A stretch of DNA of 64,000 nt from the IMG/VR virus record IMGVR_UViG_3300045988_152944; one strand, given 5' to 3'. Under the pieces are notes generated by a model. That model saw only the letters and a program-made list of their open reading frames with translations. It was not told the origin of the DNA and ran no database searches. This DNA comes from a virus. Position 1 is the stretch's first letter, and each line of letters begins with the position of its first letter. The translations under genes and the position numbers were made by a program. Shown here piece after piece: positions 25,523 to 33,390 of this stretch.

Positions 25523-25938
25523 TGATTCACCCCGTGTGATGTGGAATCACAATTGCCTGTTACGGTTATGTTGTCTAGTGATGTTGGTGGCACATATACT
25601 TGTGCTTGCGATGTAATGTCGTTACTGAAAGGAACTGTTTTAATAGGAGGTTCACCTATTGTCCCACAAGTTAATTTATGCGGAGTACAATATGGACACT
25701 CTTGTGTTGACGGGGATAATACCGCACCACATTTAGGACAAATCCAGCCATAGTTAGTTACGGAATAATCAGGAACAAACTTTCCTATTGTCCCTATACC
25801 GTTAACATCTGTTGTGTTTTTAACCTCATAGCCACACCCAGGGCATACATATTTCGCGTCAATATAATTGCCACGTGCTGTGTCACTGCCCGCACTTACC
25901 AATGAATACATTGTTTTACCACATTTTGGACACTTCAT
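25519..25938 (-). CDS. double zinc-ribbon protein (139 aa)
   Basis: Two CxxC...CxxC units are present (CPKCG..CPGCG and CPKCG..CPYC). Confidence 0.6.
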   Translation of the reverse strand: MKCPKCGKTMYSLVSAGSDTARGNYIDAKYVCPGCGYEVKNTTDVNGIGTIGKFVPDYSVTNYGWICPKCGAVLSPSTQECPYCTPHKLTCGTIGEPPIKTVPFSNDITSQAQVYVPPTSLDNITVTGNCDSTSHGVNQ

Positions 25939-26142
25939 TTATTCTTCCTCCTCCATTTCTATAAATACTTCTATAAGTTTTTCTGCAAATTTAGCTAATA
26001 TATATAATGTTGCACCAACAATAAACCCAGTTCTTGCAAAACCTCTTCCGGACAGGTATTCAAGTGCAACACCAAAAATACACGCCTGGCTCATTGCATT
26101 GAGATAAGCAAATATGATTCTACTTTTACTTTTCGTTTTCAT
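25939..26142 (-). CDS. small hydrophobic (membrane) protein (67 aa)
   Basis: AGGAG RBS and two hydrophobic segments. Confidence 0.55.
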   Translation of the reverse strand: MKTKSKSRIIFAYLNAMSQACIFGVALEYLSGRGFARTGFIVGATLYILAKFAEKLIEVFIEMEEEE

Positions 26143-26156
26143 TGGTTTTCTCCTAA

Positions 26157-26645
26157 TTAGAAATTATGGTACACACTAAACGGATCCACAGCTTTTAGAA
26201 ATTCTATTGAGGCATCTGCGTCTGTATTTTTGTCATAAATATTGTCAACCGCCTCCAGCTGATCAACAATCTTTTTACACTCGTCCTCAACATATTCAAG
26301 ACTTCTAACAGGTTGCAAGAAAGTGGGCGAAAGAATTTGCATTTCCAAAAGTTCGTTAAAGCGTTTTTCGGTGAGAAGTCCGTATTGCAAAGCTGTGTCA
26401 TAGTCATTTCCGTCGCAAATATGTCCACAGTCGAAACCGATGTAATAAGTTTCTTTCTGTCCATAATCATACGGCAATGTTCCCGACCACGATAAACCAC
26501 CATGGCACTCTATGTTATATTCGTTAAATTCCTTATCATCATCAATAGACACATAACCACACCTATATCCACGACAACCGAATATACATATGCAATCGTG
26601 ACCTTTGTACTCGAATTGTTTTTCAACTACTGTAAATTTACTCAT
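26157..26645 (-). CDS. hypothetical protein (162 aa)
   Basis: GGAG RBS. The Cys/His-rich N-terminal half includes CHGGLSW and GFDCGHICD. Confidence 0.6.
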   Translation of the reverse strand: MSKFTVVEKQFEYKGHDCICIFGCRGYRCGYVSIDDDKEFNEYNIECHGGLSWSGTLPYDYGQKETYYIGFDCGHICDGNDYDTALQYGLLTEKRFNELLEMQILSPTFLQPVRSLEYVEDECKKIVDQLEAVDNIYDKNTDADASIEFLKAVDPFSVYHNF

Positions 26646-27024
26646 TCGTCAATTTCTCCAGTTCTTGTTTGGCTTTTGCCCAGGTGGTAAATATATCACT
26701 GTTATTGAATATATATTTGCCAAAACTACACGGACCGTCTTTAACAGGATAGCACTCAATCTGTGTACTAATTTTATGCAACAGTTCATTTGCATAACTT
26801 CTAATACCAGTCACTATATATTCTTCTATTCCCGGAGTAGGAGAAAAGACGTTTGCATAATAAATAGTGTCTCCGATTTTACAAGGCATTTCCACTAGCA
26901 TCTTGTTCTCGATCTTTTCTTCAAGTTCGTACAACCTTTTGTAGATGTGTGAATATCCAAGTTCTTGCGTTAAGTCAATATCTTCTGACCATTTTTGATT
27001 GGTTAGTCTTTTATATTGTTTCAT
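26638..27024 (-). CDS. YKRLT/ELEEKIE-family paralog 3 (128 aa)
   Basis: N-terminal MKQYKRLT and YKRLYELEEKIEN are shared with the two upstream genes. ATGA coupling to the upstream gene. Confidence 0.6.
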   Translation of the reverse strand: MKQYKRLTNQKWSEDIDLTQELGYSHIYKRLYELEEKIENKMLVEMPCKIGDTIYYANVFSPTPGIEEYIVTGIRSYANELLHKISTQIECYPVKDGPCSFGKYIFNNSDIFTTWAKAKQELEKLTNE

Positions 27025-27329
27025 TTTTCTTTCTCCTTAACTTTTTGATAATCTTTTACTTGATTTGCAGTCATATAACAAGTTTGTACTATATCTTCTG
27101 TTCTTTGGAAAACTGCCCAACAGTCGTGATATTCCGACCAAAATGGTTCATCAATAAATACGAGCGTTCCGTTCTCAATTTTATCTTCAAGTTCGGCAAG
27201 GCGATTTCGTATGATTTCATAGCAGATTGCGTCTGTACACCCTTGTGGGTTTCTGACATTTGGGCAATTACCACAGTTATCAATTACTAAATTACCTCGT
27301 CTTTCTGTCAATCTCTTATACTCTTTCAT
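27021..27329 (-). CDS. YKRLT/LAELEDKIE-family paralog 2 (102 aa), Cys-rich
   Basis: MKEYKRLT...CGNCPN..C..C...NRLAELEDKIENG. ATGA coupling to the upstream gene. Confidence 0.6.
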   Translation of the reverse strand: MKEYKRLTERRGNLVIDNCGNCPNVRNPQGCTDAICYEIIRNRLAELEDKIENGTLVFIDEPFWSEYHDCWAVFQRTEDIVQTCYMTANQVKDYQKVKEKEK

Positions 27330-27664
27330 TTTTCTACCTCGTATTCATCCTTTAACTTGCGAGCAACAGTCTCAGCAAACCACGCCATATCACAGTTATT
27401 TGTCCAAGAGCCTAATTTCGAAATGCTGTTCAAAACCTCTTTCGCTGTTTCCTTTTTGACTTCTTCCGCATCTCGCAATTCTCCTTTCTCGATTTTGTCC
27501 TCTAACTCGGCAAGACGATTATATATTTCGCAAAATGTGTCATAGTTCACACATTCACCATTCGGGCGATTACAACCATTAGGCTCACCATAAAAATCAC
27601 AACCACAACAAAAATCATATTGATAATCAAAGTCTTCACTTGTCAGCCTTTTATATTCTTTCAT
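27326..27664 (-). CDS. YKRLT/LAELEDKIE-family paralog 1 (112 aa), Cys-rich
   Basis: The start was moved to ATG 27664 (MKEYKRLT), preceded by GAGGAG. Motifs are CCGCDF..C..C...NRLAELEDKIEKG. Confidence 0.6.
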   Translation of the reverse strand: MKEYKRLTSEDFDYQYDFCCGCDFYGEPNGCNRPNGECVNYDTFCEIYNRLAELEDKIEKGELRDAEEVKKETAKEVLNSISKLGSWTNNCDMAWFAETVARKLKDEYEVEK

Positions 27665-27738
27665 TTTTTCATCTCCTCTACATAACACCAACTTTGCGGG
27701 GGACGAGTAAGTGGCTTACACATAACCGAGCAACAACC

Positions 27739-28374
27739 TTATTCAGAAACTTTCAGCAAGTCACGTTCTTTGATTTTAACAATAATGCGCTTGCCTTGAT
27801 GATCGTAAATTCTGACCGCCGGTACGCACACCAATCCCTCTTGCCTTGTTGTTCCTTTTTTGCAGTGCGGGCTTAATGGATTGCTACTGACAATTTTCAA
27901 CGCCTCATCAATGCCGCTCACTTTAAAGAACTCGACTGTTTCTACACCGAACTTGTCGAAGATTTCTTTGATTATGAGTTTGTCGAGATATGTGCCGTTG
28001 ACCATAACATCAAAGCCGATGAGCCTCTCTTCCCCGCCGTATAGCCCGCCTTGAATTTTACCGCCGTAACATTCCATAAACAGAATCACGAGTTTGTCGC
28101 CGAACATTTGCTCGAACACGACCTCACTATCCGCAAATTTTCCCGTAAGCGCGGCGAGAACCTCTTTCGGGAAATTTGTGCGCTCGGTTCTGCCATGAAA
28201 GGCAACTCGATGCCCGTCATACTCGACTTGAACATTCGTACCGTCGATTTTCTCGGATGCAATCCACTCGTTGTCTTTCAAATAGTCCACATATGGATTG
28301 AAAAACTCCTTGCGATAAGTCTTTGTTACATTGTCAAACTTGTATAATGTTTCGATTTTTTGATATTCTGTCAT
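27739..28374 (-). CDS. RNA ligase (Rnl2-like nucleotidyltransferase)
   Basis: The start was moved to ATG 28374, which has ATGA coupling and a GAGGTGG RBS. Motif I is EKIDGTN (KxDG). Size and motif spacing fit phage RNA ligases. Confidence 0.65.
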   Translation of the reverse strand: MTEYQKIETLYKFDNVTKTYRKEFFNPYVDYLKDNEWIASEKIDGTNVQVEYDGHRVAFHGRTERTNFPKEVLAALTGKFADSEVVFEQMFGDKLVILFMECYGGKIQGGLYGGEERLIGFDVMVNGTYLDKLIIKEIFDKFGVETVEFFKVSGIDEALKIVSSNPLSPHCKKGTTRQEGLVCVPAVRIYDHQGKRIIVKIKERDLLKVSE

Positions 28375-28553
28375 TCTTCCACCTCTGCTTGTTTGCACAC
28401 GTCGCAACGAATATACCCCCAATCATCATCTCTGATATTGCCATACGAAGTTAATTCTCGGTCAAAGAGATTGCACTTGTTGCCATATCTATGCGCACAG
28501 TCCCTGCAATTTTTCGGCACTTTGATTTTAATTTCAACTTTTATTTTCGGCAT
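28371..28553 (-). CDS. small zinc-finger protein (60 aa)
   Basis: The start was moved to ATG 28553 (MPKIKV), preceded by GGAGGTG. Motif is CRDC...C...CDVC. Confidence 0.55.
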   Translation of the reverse strand: MPKIKVEIKIKVPKNCRDCAHRYGNKCNLFDRELTSYGNIRDDDWGYIRCDVCKQAEVEE

Positions 28554-28568
28554 TTTGCACCTCCACAT

Positions 28569-28934
28569 TTAATATCTATGATTTTCATTTGCATACTTCT
28601 CCAAAAGCACGTCGATGTCATTAACAAATACATATCTATGCCATTTGCCATCCATAAAATCGTTATCGCAATAACTGTATTTTTTCAACTCGTTCAGCAC
28701 GTCGGTTTTTGCTTTTTTAACCTTCTTATCAATACATTCTGTACTTGATGCTACAAATGCCATATAACGTTGGTCGAGACTTTCATAACGTTGTTTCCAG
28801 TCGTTTTTTGCTGCCTTTAACTCGGCAATCTCTTGTTCTTGCTTGGTGATGAGGTTGTAAGCTTTTGCAAAAAAGTAGTCTCCCGTTGCTCTTGCCCCAG
28901 ATTCCAACCATTGTTTAATCTCTTCGTTCGTCAT
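28569..28934 (-). CDS. MTNEEIK-family paralog 2 (121 aa)
   Basis: It shares MTNEEIK..., LIT.QE.EI..LKA and K.AK.DVL.EL..Y with the upstream gene. ATGA coupling to the upstream gene. Confidence 0.6.
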   Translation of the reverse strand: MTNEEIKQWLESGARATGDYFFAKAYNLITKQEQEIAELKAAKNDWKQRYESLDQRYMAFVASSTECIDKKVKKAKTDVLNELKKYSYCDNDFMDGKWHRYVFVNDIDVLLEKYANENHRY

Positions 28935-29431
28935 TTCTTTAACTCCTCAATCATTCGGTCTATTTTCTCGACTACTTTATTCGCCATCGTAGATTGACCA
29001 TTTGCTTTATCTGCGCCGGTTCTAATGACAAATATCTCGTCTAATGTGAGCTCAGGATGGAACTTTCGCTCGTCGTTTATTCGTAACAAATCCTCGTTTT
29101 GCTGCTGTTGTATGCCTTTATAATTTTCACGCTCAACACAATAAGTTCTCAACTCGCTCAACACGTCGATTTTTGCTTGTTTGATTTTCTCGGTCAGTTC
29201 ATAGTTTTCGTGGTTAAGATCCCTTACGCCTCTTGCGAGTATTTCTGCATTGGTTTCCAATTGCTTAAACTCGGCTTTCAATTGTGTAATCTCTTTCTCT
29301 TGCTCGGTTATGAGTGTGAGAGCGTCTTGTTTTAGATTAACTTCACAAAATGTGAAATCTGTATATGGGCATCTTACACACCAATCTGTTTTACAGCACT
29401 CCAAGCCTTTTTTAATCTCTTCATTCGTCAT
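28931..29431 (-). CDS. MTNEEIK-family paralog 1 (166 aa)
   Basis: Same motifs as the gene at 28569-28934, plus an N-terminal Cys cluster (CCKTDWCVRCPY). ATGA coupling to the upstream gene. Confidence 0.6.
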   Translation of the reverse strand: MTNEEIKKGLECCKTDWCVRCPYTDFTFCEVNLKQDALTLITEQEKEITQLKAEFKQLETNAEILARGVRDLNHENYELTEKIKQAKIDVLSELRTYCVERENYKGIQQQQNEDLLRINDERKFHPELTLDEIFVIRTGADKANGQSTMANKVVEKIDRMIEELKK

Positions 29432-30060
29432 TCTTCTACCTCTACCAACGTGCCTCTGTCAAGGCATATGAGCGGACGAACCCCGCCACACCCGTAGTAC
29501 ACAATGTCGTCGTTCAACGAACCATCTGAATCGACACCGCGAACCAACTCATTCGTGTTTGTTGTGGCAGTTATAGTCCACTGTCGCTCGTTTATTACAG
29601 GGATATACTTTCTGTATTTCCGATATTCGTCACAAGTTAGCATTGATACATTGTCGTTACAATGTCCGTAATCCGTAAGTCCGTCATCGGTCGTTAAGTC
29701 GCGGTCGAACAACATAAGTTTATTGATGTCGGGGATAAAATCGACCACCTTAGTGGCAATGTCGCCACGTAATTGTGATTTTACCCAGTTGATTGCCTTG
29801 TTATCGAACTTACTACAAAACCACACATCTTTTGCAAGACACAGACAACCATCGGAGATAGCGTCGAGTTTGATGTACTCTTTCTCGCCCCATTTGAACG
29901 TATCACCTTGTTTTAATTCGTCAACGATTATCTTGTTTTCAAAAATCCCAGACGTCAACAAGTCCTTTGCAATAAGACCGATTTCCGCCTCGGACAGGTA
30001 AAATCTGTATTTGTCGCACGAATTGTTTATTACTGTTATTACTTTTTCAAATCTGTTCAT
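29428..30060 (-). CDS. hypothetical protein (210 aa) with a C-terminal YYGCGGVRPL motif
   Basis: The motif ...VYYGCGGVRPLICLD also occurs in the tail-region protein at 49108-50538 (YIGYGGVRPLCNLN). Confidence 0.55.
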   Translation of the reverse strand: MNRFEKVITVINNSCDKYRFYLSEAEIGLIAKDLLTSGIFENKIIVDELKQGDTFKWGEKEYIKLDAISDGCLCLAKDVWFCSKFDNKAINWVKSQLRGDIATKVVDFIPDINKLMLFDRDLTTDDGLTDYGHCNDNVSMLTCDEYRKYRKYIPVINERQWTITATTNTNELVRGVDSDGSLNDDIVYYGCGGVRPLICLDRGTLVEVEE

Positions 30061-30064
30061 TTTC

Positions 30065-30628
30065 TCACTCTATATCGCAGAGGTCATCAGCCTCTTGTTT
30101 TTGGCAGTTGTGTCTCATACGTCCTACCATAAGAAGTTCATTGAGCTCACGCAACCGTTTTTGTATTTTTTCTGCGAGTTTCTCTTGGGTATCAGAACAA
30201 CCTGAGTAATAACTTATGGGGAAATCCGTTCCGCGCTCCCAGGCGTAGTTGTTGGAAAAGACTTCAACTTTTGCACGCCTTAAAAAGTCAGGACCGTGTT
30301 TACTTCTATTGATTACCACAAGCTCAATTGCGTTGTCGTACCCTACCCATTCCCAGTATGTTCCTTTCGGGAATGTTATACAAGCATCAAGGAAATCACT
30401 GATAGTATCGAAATTAAAATATTCTTGCAACGAGCCTACTGAAACAATGTCGTCCTTATTCTCGTCCCAAAACTCTTCAACCGTATATCTTTTCCGTGTC
30501 ATTTGTACTGCGTAGTTGTGTTTAGGACAGTGCATAAAATCGCACGTTTCACAATCACACTTGGTAAAATTGATTGTCCTACCAATGTCAAATTTTTGAT
30601 TTTTTACCGGTTCAAATGCTAATTTCAT
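30065..30628 (-). CDS. hypothetical Cys-rich protein (187 aa)
   Basis: The ORF carries CDCETCDFMHCPKH. No SD lies close to the ATG; the nearest AAGGAGG is about 55 nt upstream, inside a hairpin. Confidence 0.5.
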   Translation of the reverse strand: MKLAFEPVKNQKFDIGRTINFTKCDCETCDFMHCPKHNYAVQMTRKRYTVEEFWDENKDDIVSVGSLQEYFNFDTISDFLDACITFPKGTYWEWVGYDNAIELVVINRSKHGPDFLRRAKVEVFSNNYAWERGTDFPISYYSGCSDTQEKLAEKIQKRLRELNELLMVGRMRHNCQKQEADDLCDIE

Positions 30629-30975
30629 AACGCTTTTGCCAAGGAAACCACAATCCCTTTAGGGTTGTGGAGGAATTGGCAACCTCCTTGTTTGTTTAAT
30701 ACATACACCATTGCTTTTACAGCCTCCTGTATGTTAGAGTGGTTACTCCACGACAAGGTTATTCAAAGGTTTGTCGTATGCAACATTGTTCCTACCCATC
30801 AGAACTGTTTAATCACATACCGCAGAGCGTAAGACTGGAGAGTACATCCTACGGTGCCTATATATTCTTTGATAACGTAGTGCTCGAAACACTTAGTCTG
30901 ATCAACTAGTGGACTTGATTACTCCTCAAGCCCACGCCTATTTATGGACTGGGTAGTTGACATGCAACTCCTTAC
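30629..30975 (-). ncRNA. unclassified ~347-nt highly structured non-coding region
   Basis: No ORF of 60 aa or more. Many hairpins are present, for example 30648-30670 and GGAGG/CCTCC at 30669-30687. A group-I R-like motif GATCAGACTAAGTG lies at 30890-30903, and an 8-codon mini-ORF with an AAGGAG SD lies at 30938-30963. Confidence 0.35.
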
Positions 30976-31428
30976 TCATTTTTTATATTCGTCCAACAGC
31001 TCGTCAATTTTCGCTTTCACTTCATCTGCAAATACTTTTCTAACTGTGTTGAAAACACTATATTTTTTATTTTGAGTCGTATCGAATGTAAATTTTTCTT
31101 CACAAGCTTTTAACAAATAAGCATTTTCTTTTTTAAGCCGCGTAATTTCAGCTTGCATTCTAGCGACTTCATCGCGCCGTTTCTGCATTAAATAAGTAGC
31201 AAAACCTATTGTATAATCGTCAACAGCATCGCACGTCAAGTCGTCATCTTGTTCTTCTGATGCAGGCACAACCGCTTTGTACTCCTCATTTTCACTCAAA
31301 AATTCAATTGCTTGTTGAATACATACATATGCCCTTTCTCTGGCATAATCGGTCAGCTCGTCGTCGCTATCCCAGTCAACTTTGTCTTTGATTTCTTCAA
31401 GTTTCTTAATCATTTTTTGCCTTGTCAT
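30976..31428 (-). CDS. hypothetical coiled-coil protein (150 aa)
   Basis: ATGA coupling to the upstream gene. Confidence 0.6.
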   Translation of the reverse strand: MTRQKMIKKLEEIKDKVDWDSDDELTDYARERAYVCIQQAIEFLSENEEYKAVVPASEEQDDDLTCDAVDDYTIGFATYLMQKRRDEVARMQAEITRLKKENAYLLKACEEKFTFDTTQNKKYSVFNTVRKVFADEVKAKIDELLDEYKK

Positions 31429-31811
31429 TTTCTCAACTCCTTTAAAAGTTTGTCGACCTCGTTTTCACAATCCACTACAGCGGAGTGCCCATTCCAATCG
31501 TACATACAAATATAGTGTTGCTCTTTTGCTTCGAGTCGTGTTTTCAACTTATCCGCAAAGTCTTGTACAGCTTGGAGCATTTCGATTCCAAACAGTGCTT
31601 TGATCTCGTGTTCCAACCGCTCGTGTTGTTCAAGCTTTTTTTGCAACTCGTCGATTTCTCGGCGTTGAGATTTCAGTCTTTCCCACGCTCTGTTATAATC
31701 TTGTTGAAGTTGCATGTTAAGCGTTTGCAAACGAAACACCTCGGCCTCTGCTTCGTCCCATTGGTTAATAATGTTGTCAAAATCTCTCTGTTGTTGAGTC
31801 TGTTTTGTCAT
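31425..31811 (-). CDS. hypothetical coiled-coil protein (128 aa)
   Basis: ATGA coupling to the upstream gene. Confidence 0.6.
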   Translation of the reverse strand: MTKQTQQQRDFDNIINQWDEAEAEVFRLQTLNMQLQQDYNRAWERLKSQRREIDELQKKLEQHERLEHEIKALFGIEMLQAVQDFADKLKTRLEAKEQHYICMYDWNGHSAVVDCENEVDKLLKELRK

Positions 31812-32059
31812 AATGTCTCTCCAAATGTTGAATTTAGCATATTTTCAATGTCCTTCATTGCGGCCGCGTTACGCGCTTGACCTGCTTTAATTTCTTCATC
31901 GGTCAAAATCATCTTGGTCAAATTCTTTTCGGTTTCTTTGAAGCATTGTCCCAGTTGACGACTGTGGCATTGACAACCAGTGCCACCAAGCCAACAACAG
32001 CCTATATTTCTTCTCAATTCATCGAAGACTTCTTGTTTTGTCGGGTTTACAACCTGCAT
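31808..32059 (-). CDS. hypothetical small protein (83 aa)
   Basis: The start was moved to ATG 32059 (MQVVNPT), preceded by GGAGG with a 5-nt spacer. The ORF-track start at 32089 would be only about 4 nt from the predicted transcription start site. Confidence 0.55.
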   Translation of the reverse strand: MQVVNPTKQEVFDELRRNIGCCWLGGTGCQCHSRQLGQCFKETEKNLTKMILTDEEIKAGQARNAAAMKDIENMLNSTFGETL

Positions 32060-32099
32060 ACGTACCTCCATCGATGAAATAGTCTTCATCTATGGTTTG

Positions 32100-32140
32100 A
32101 TTATAGTAAAAAAAAAGAAACTTGTCAACTTGTAATGACA
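32100..32140 (-). promoter_or_regulatory. sigma70-type promoter with perfect consensus (TTGACA-17-TATAAT)
   Basis: Minus strand reads TGTCATTACAAGTTGACAAGTTTCTTTTTTTTTACTATAAT. Confidence 0.8.
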
Positions 32141-32146
32141 AATTTC
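32108..32146 (-). terminator. intrinsic terminator ending the tail-fibre cassette, fused to the promoter at 32100-32140
   Basis: The minus-strand hairpin GAAATTTGTCA/TGACAAGTTTC forms an 11-bp stem and is followed by T9 (32108-32116). Confidence 0.75.
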
Positions 32147-32188
32147 TTTTAATTTTTTAAAATAAAATTATTCTTTTATTCAACAGTT

Positions 32189-33088
32189 CTAAAACACTTT
32201 ACGAAATTTATATTTGTTAATATCGTATAAGCTATAGTGCCATTTTGCTGTTGAGGTGTTATCCCTTTGTAAAACACCTCCTTTCACCGCTAAAGTTCCG
32301 TCTATTCGAATAACCACGTGGGTGGTATATAAAGCGACGGTGTTGTTTGAACTATCAAGGTTTGTGTTGGTGTAAACACTTTGAGCAATTTGGCCTGAGC
32401 CATCCCAATGTACCAACGTTGTGCCATAAAACGCCAAAAGTTCATAAGTGTCCAAAACCGTAACTTCATAGGTCCCGGCTTCTGTCACCTTTGAATCGGC
32501 ACCATTTGTGCCAGTAGTGATAGTCACCCACTCTCCCACCTGCGGTATATCTTCCTCTAGCGCAATTTCTTTTGTTACCGTTGTTTCCCCACTCTTCACC
32601 TCCGCCTTGGGTCTGGGGTCTGAAGTTTTTATAATAGTGGGAGAGTTTGCAGAACCAAAATACTCATTTCTACCGTTAAATTCATACCAGTTTGTACCAT
32701 TGGCGGACTGTGCCGTATCGCTCTGAAGCCCCTTGGCCATTGTGGCAGTTTTAGCCGTTGGTTCACCACTCTCAAATATGTCTGTAATTTTGTACTCACC
32801 GATGTTGGTCGACACTGTTGTCGCTGTTGTCGCTTCTGTGGCCATAGGACATTCCTTAATTGTCCAGCCAACCGTTGACCCCGAGTCGGCAACCAACACT
32901 TTGTTATCGTCATCCGCACCGCTTGGGGCAATTGATTTAGTGACAGTAAACAAATCTTTATCAGGTATGCCCGTTCCGACATATAAAGCCCCTTTTGTTG
33001 CCAAAGTGTCTTTGCTCTCCATTTTGCGTCTCATTTTACTGGCTTCTAAACCACTGTCAATAGTTACGCCATCGTTAATTGTCGCCAT
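32189..33088 (-). CDS. hypothetical virion or fibre-associated protein (299 aa)
   Basis: GGAGG RBS and Thr/Ser/Gly-rich beta-type composition. It is the last gene of the cassette. Confidence 0.55.
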   Translation of the reverse strand: MATINDGVTIDSGLEASKMRRKMESKDTLATKGALYVGTGIPDKDLFTVTKSIAPSGADDDNKVLVADSGSTVGWTIKECPMATEATTATTVSTNIGEYKITDIFESGEPTAKTATMAKGLQSDTAQSANGTNWYEFNGRNEYFGSANSPTIIKTSDPRPKAEVKSGETTVTKEIALEEDIPQVGEWVTITTGTNGADSKVTEAGTYEVTVLDTYELLAFYGTTLVHWDGSGQIAQSVYTNTNLDSSNNTVALYTTHVVIRIDGTLAVKGGVLQRDNTSTAKWHYSLYDINKYKFRKVF

Positions 33089-33091
33089 CTC

Positions 33092-33379
33092 TTATACCTC
33101 CGATAAATTATCGCTTTTATCTCCGACAGGTTTAGTCGAAGAGTTCTTTTTACGTTTGTCGATTGCCGCACTCGCGAGCAGCTCGTCGATAACCGCCAGT
33201 TCCTGCGCAATTTCGGTTTCGTTAATTTCCGAATACAAAACGCTAAGTTTGATGCAGGTTTCTTGTAGTTGTTTTATCTGTAGTTGCGCTTGGTCAAACC
33301 GCTCTTGTAAAACATCTTTTTGAGCCAACTGTTGTTGTAAGGTTTCTTTACGCTTATTTAAATATAAAGTACAGTCCAT
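33092..33379 (-). CDS. hypothetical coiled-coil protein (95 aa)
   Basis: AAGGAG RBS. Confidence 0.55.
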   Translation of the reverse strand: MDCTLYLNKRKETLQQQLAQKDVLQERFDQAQLQIKQLQETCIKLSVLYSEINETEIAQELAVIDELLASAAIDKRKKNSSTKPVGDKSDNLSEV

Positions 33380-33390
33380 AGATTCTCCTT

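Noticed and set aside
30629-30975. A third group I intron
   Set aside because: Only an R-like string and a possible P7 partner are present. It lacks the GCCAAGCC/GACTATT/GATATAGTCTGA core shared by the two clear introns. I could not build P1, P3 or P4, and the flanking ORFs do not form an obvious single protein. It is kept as an unexplained structured region instead.
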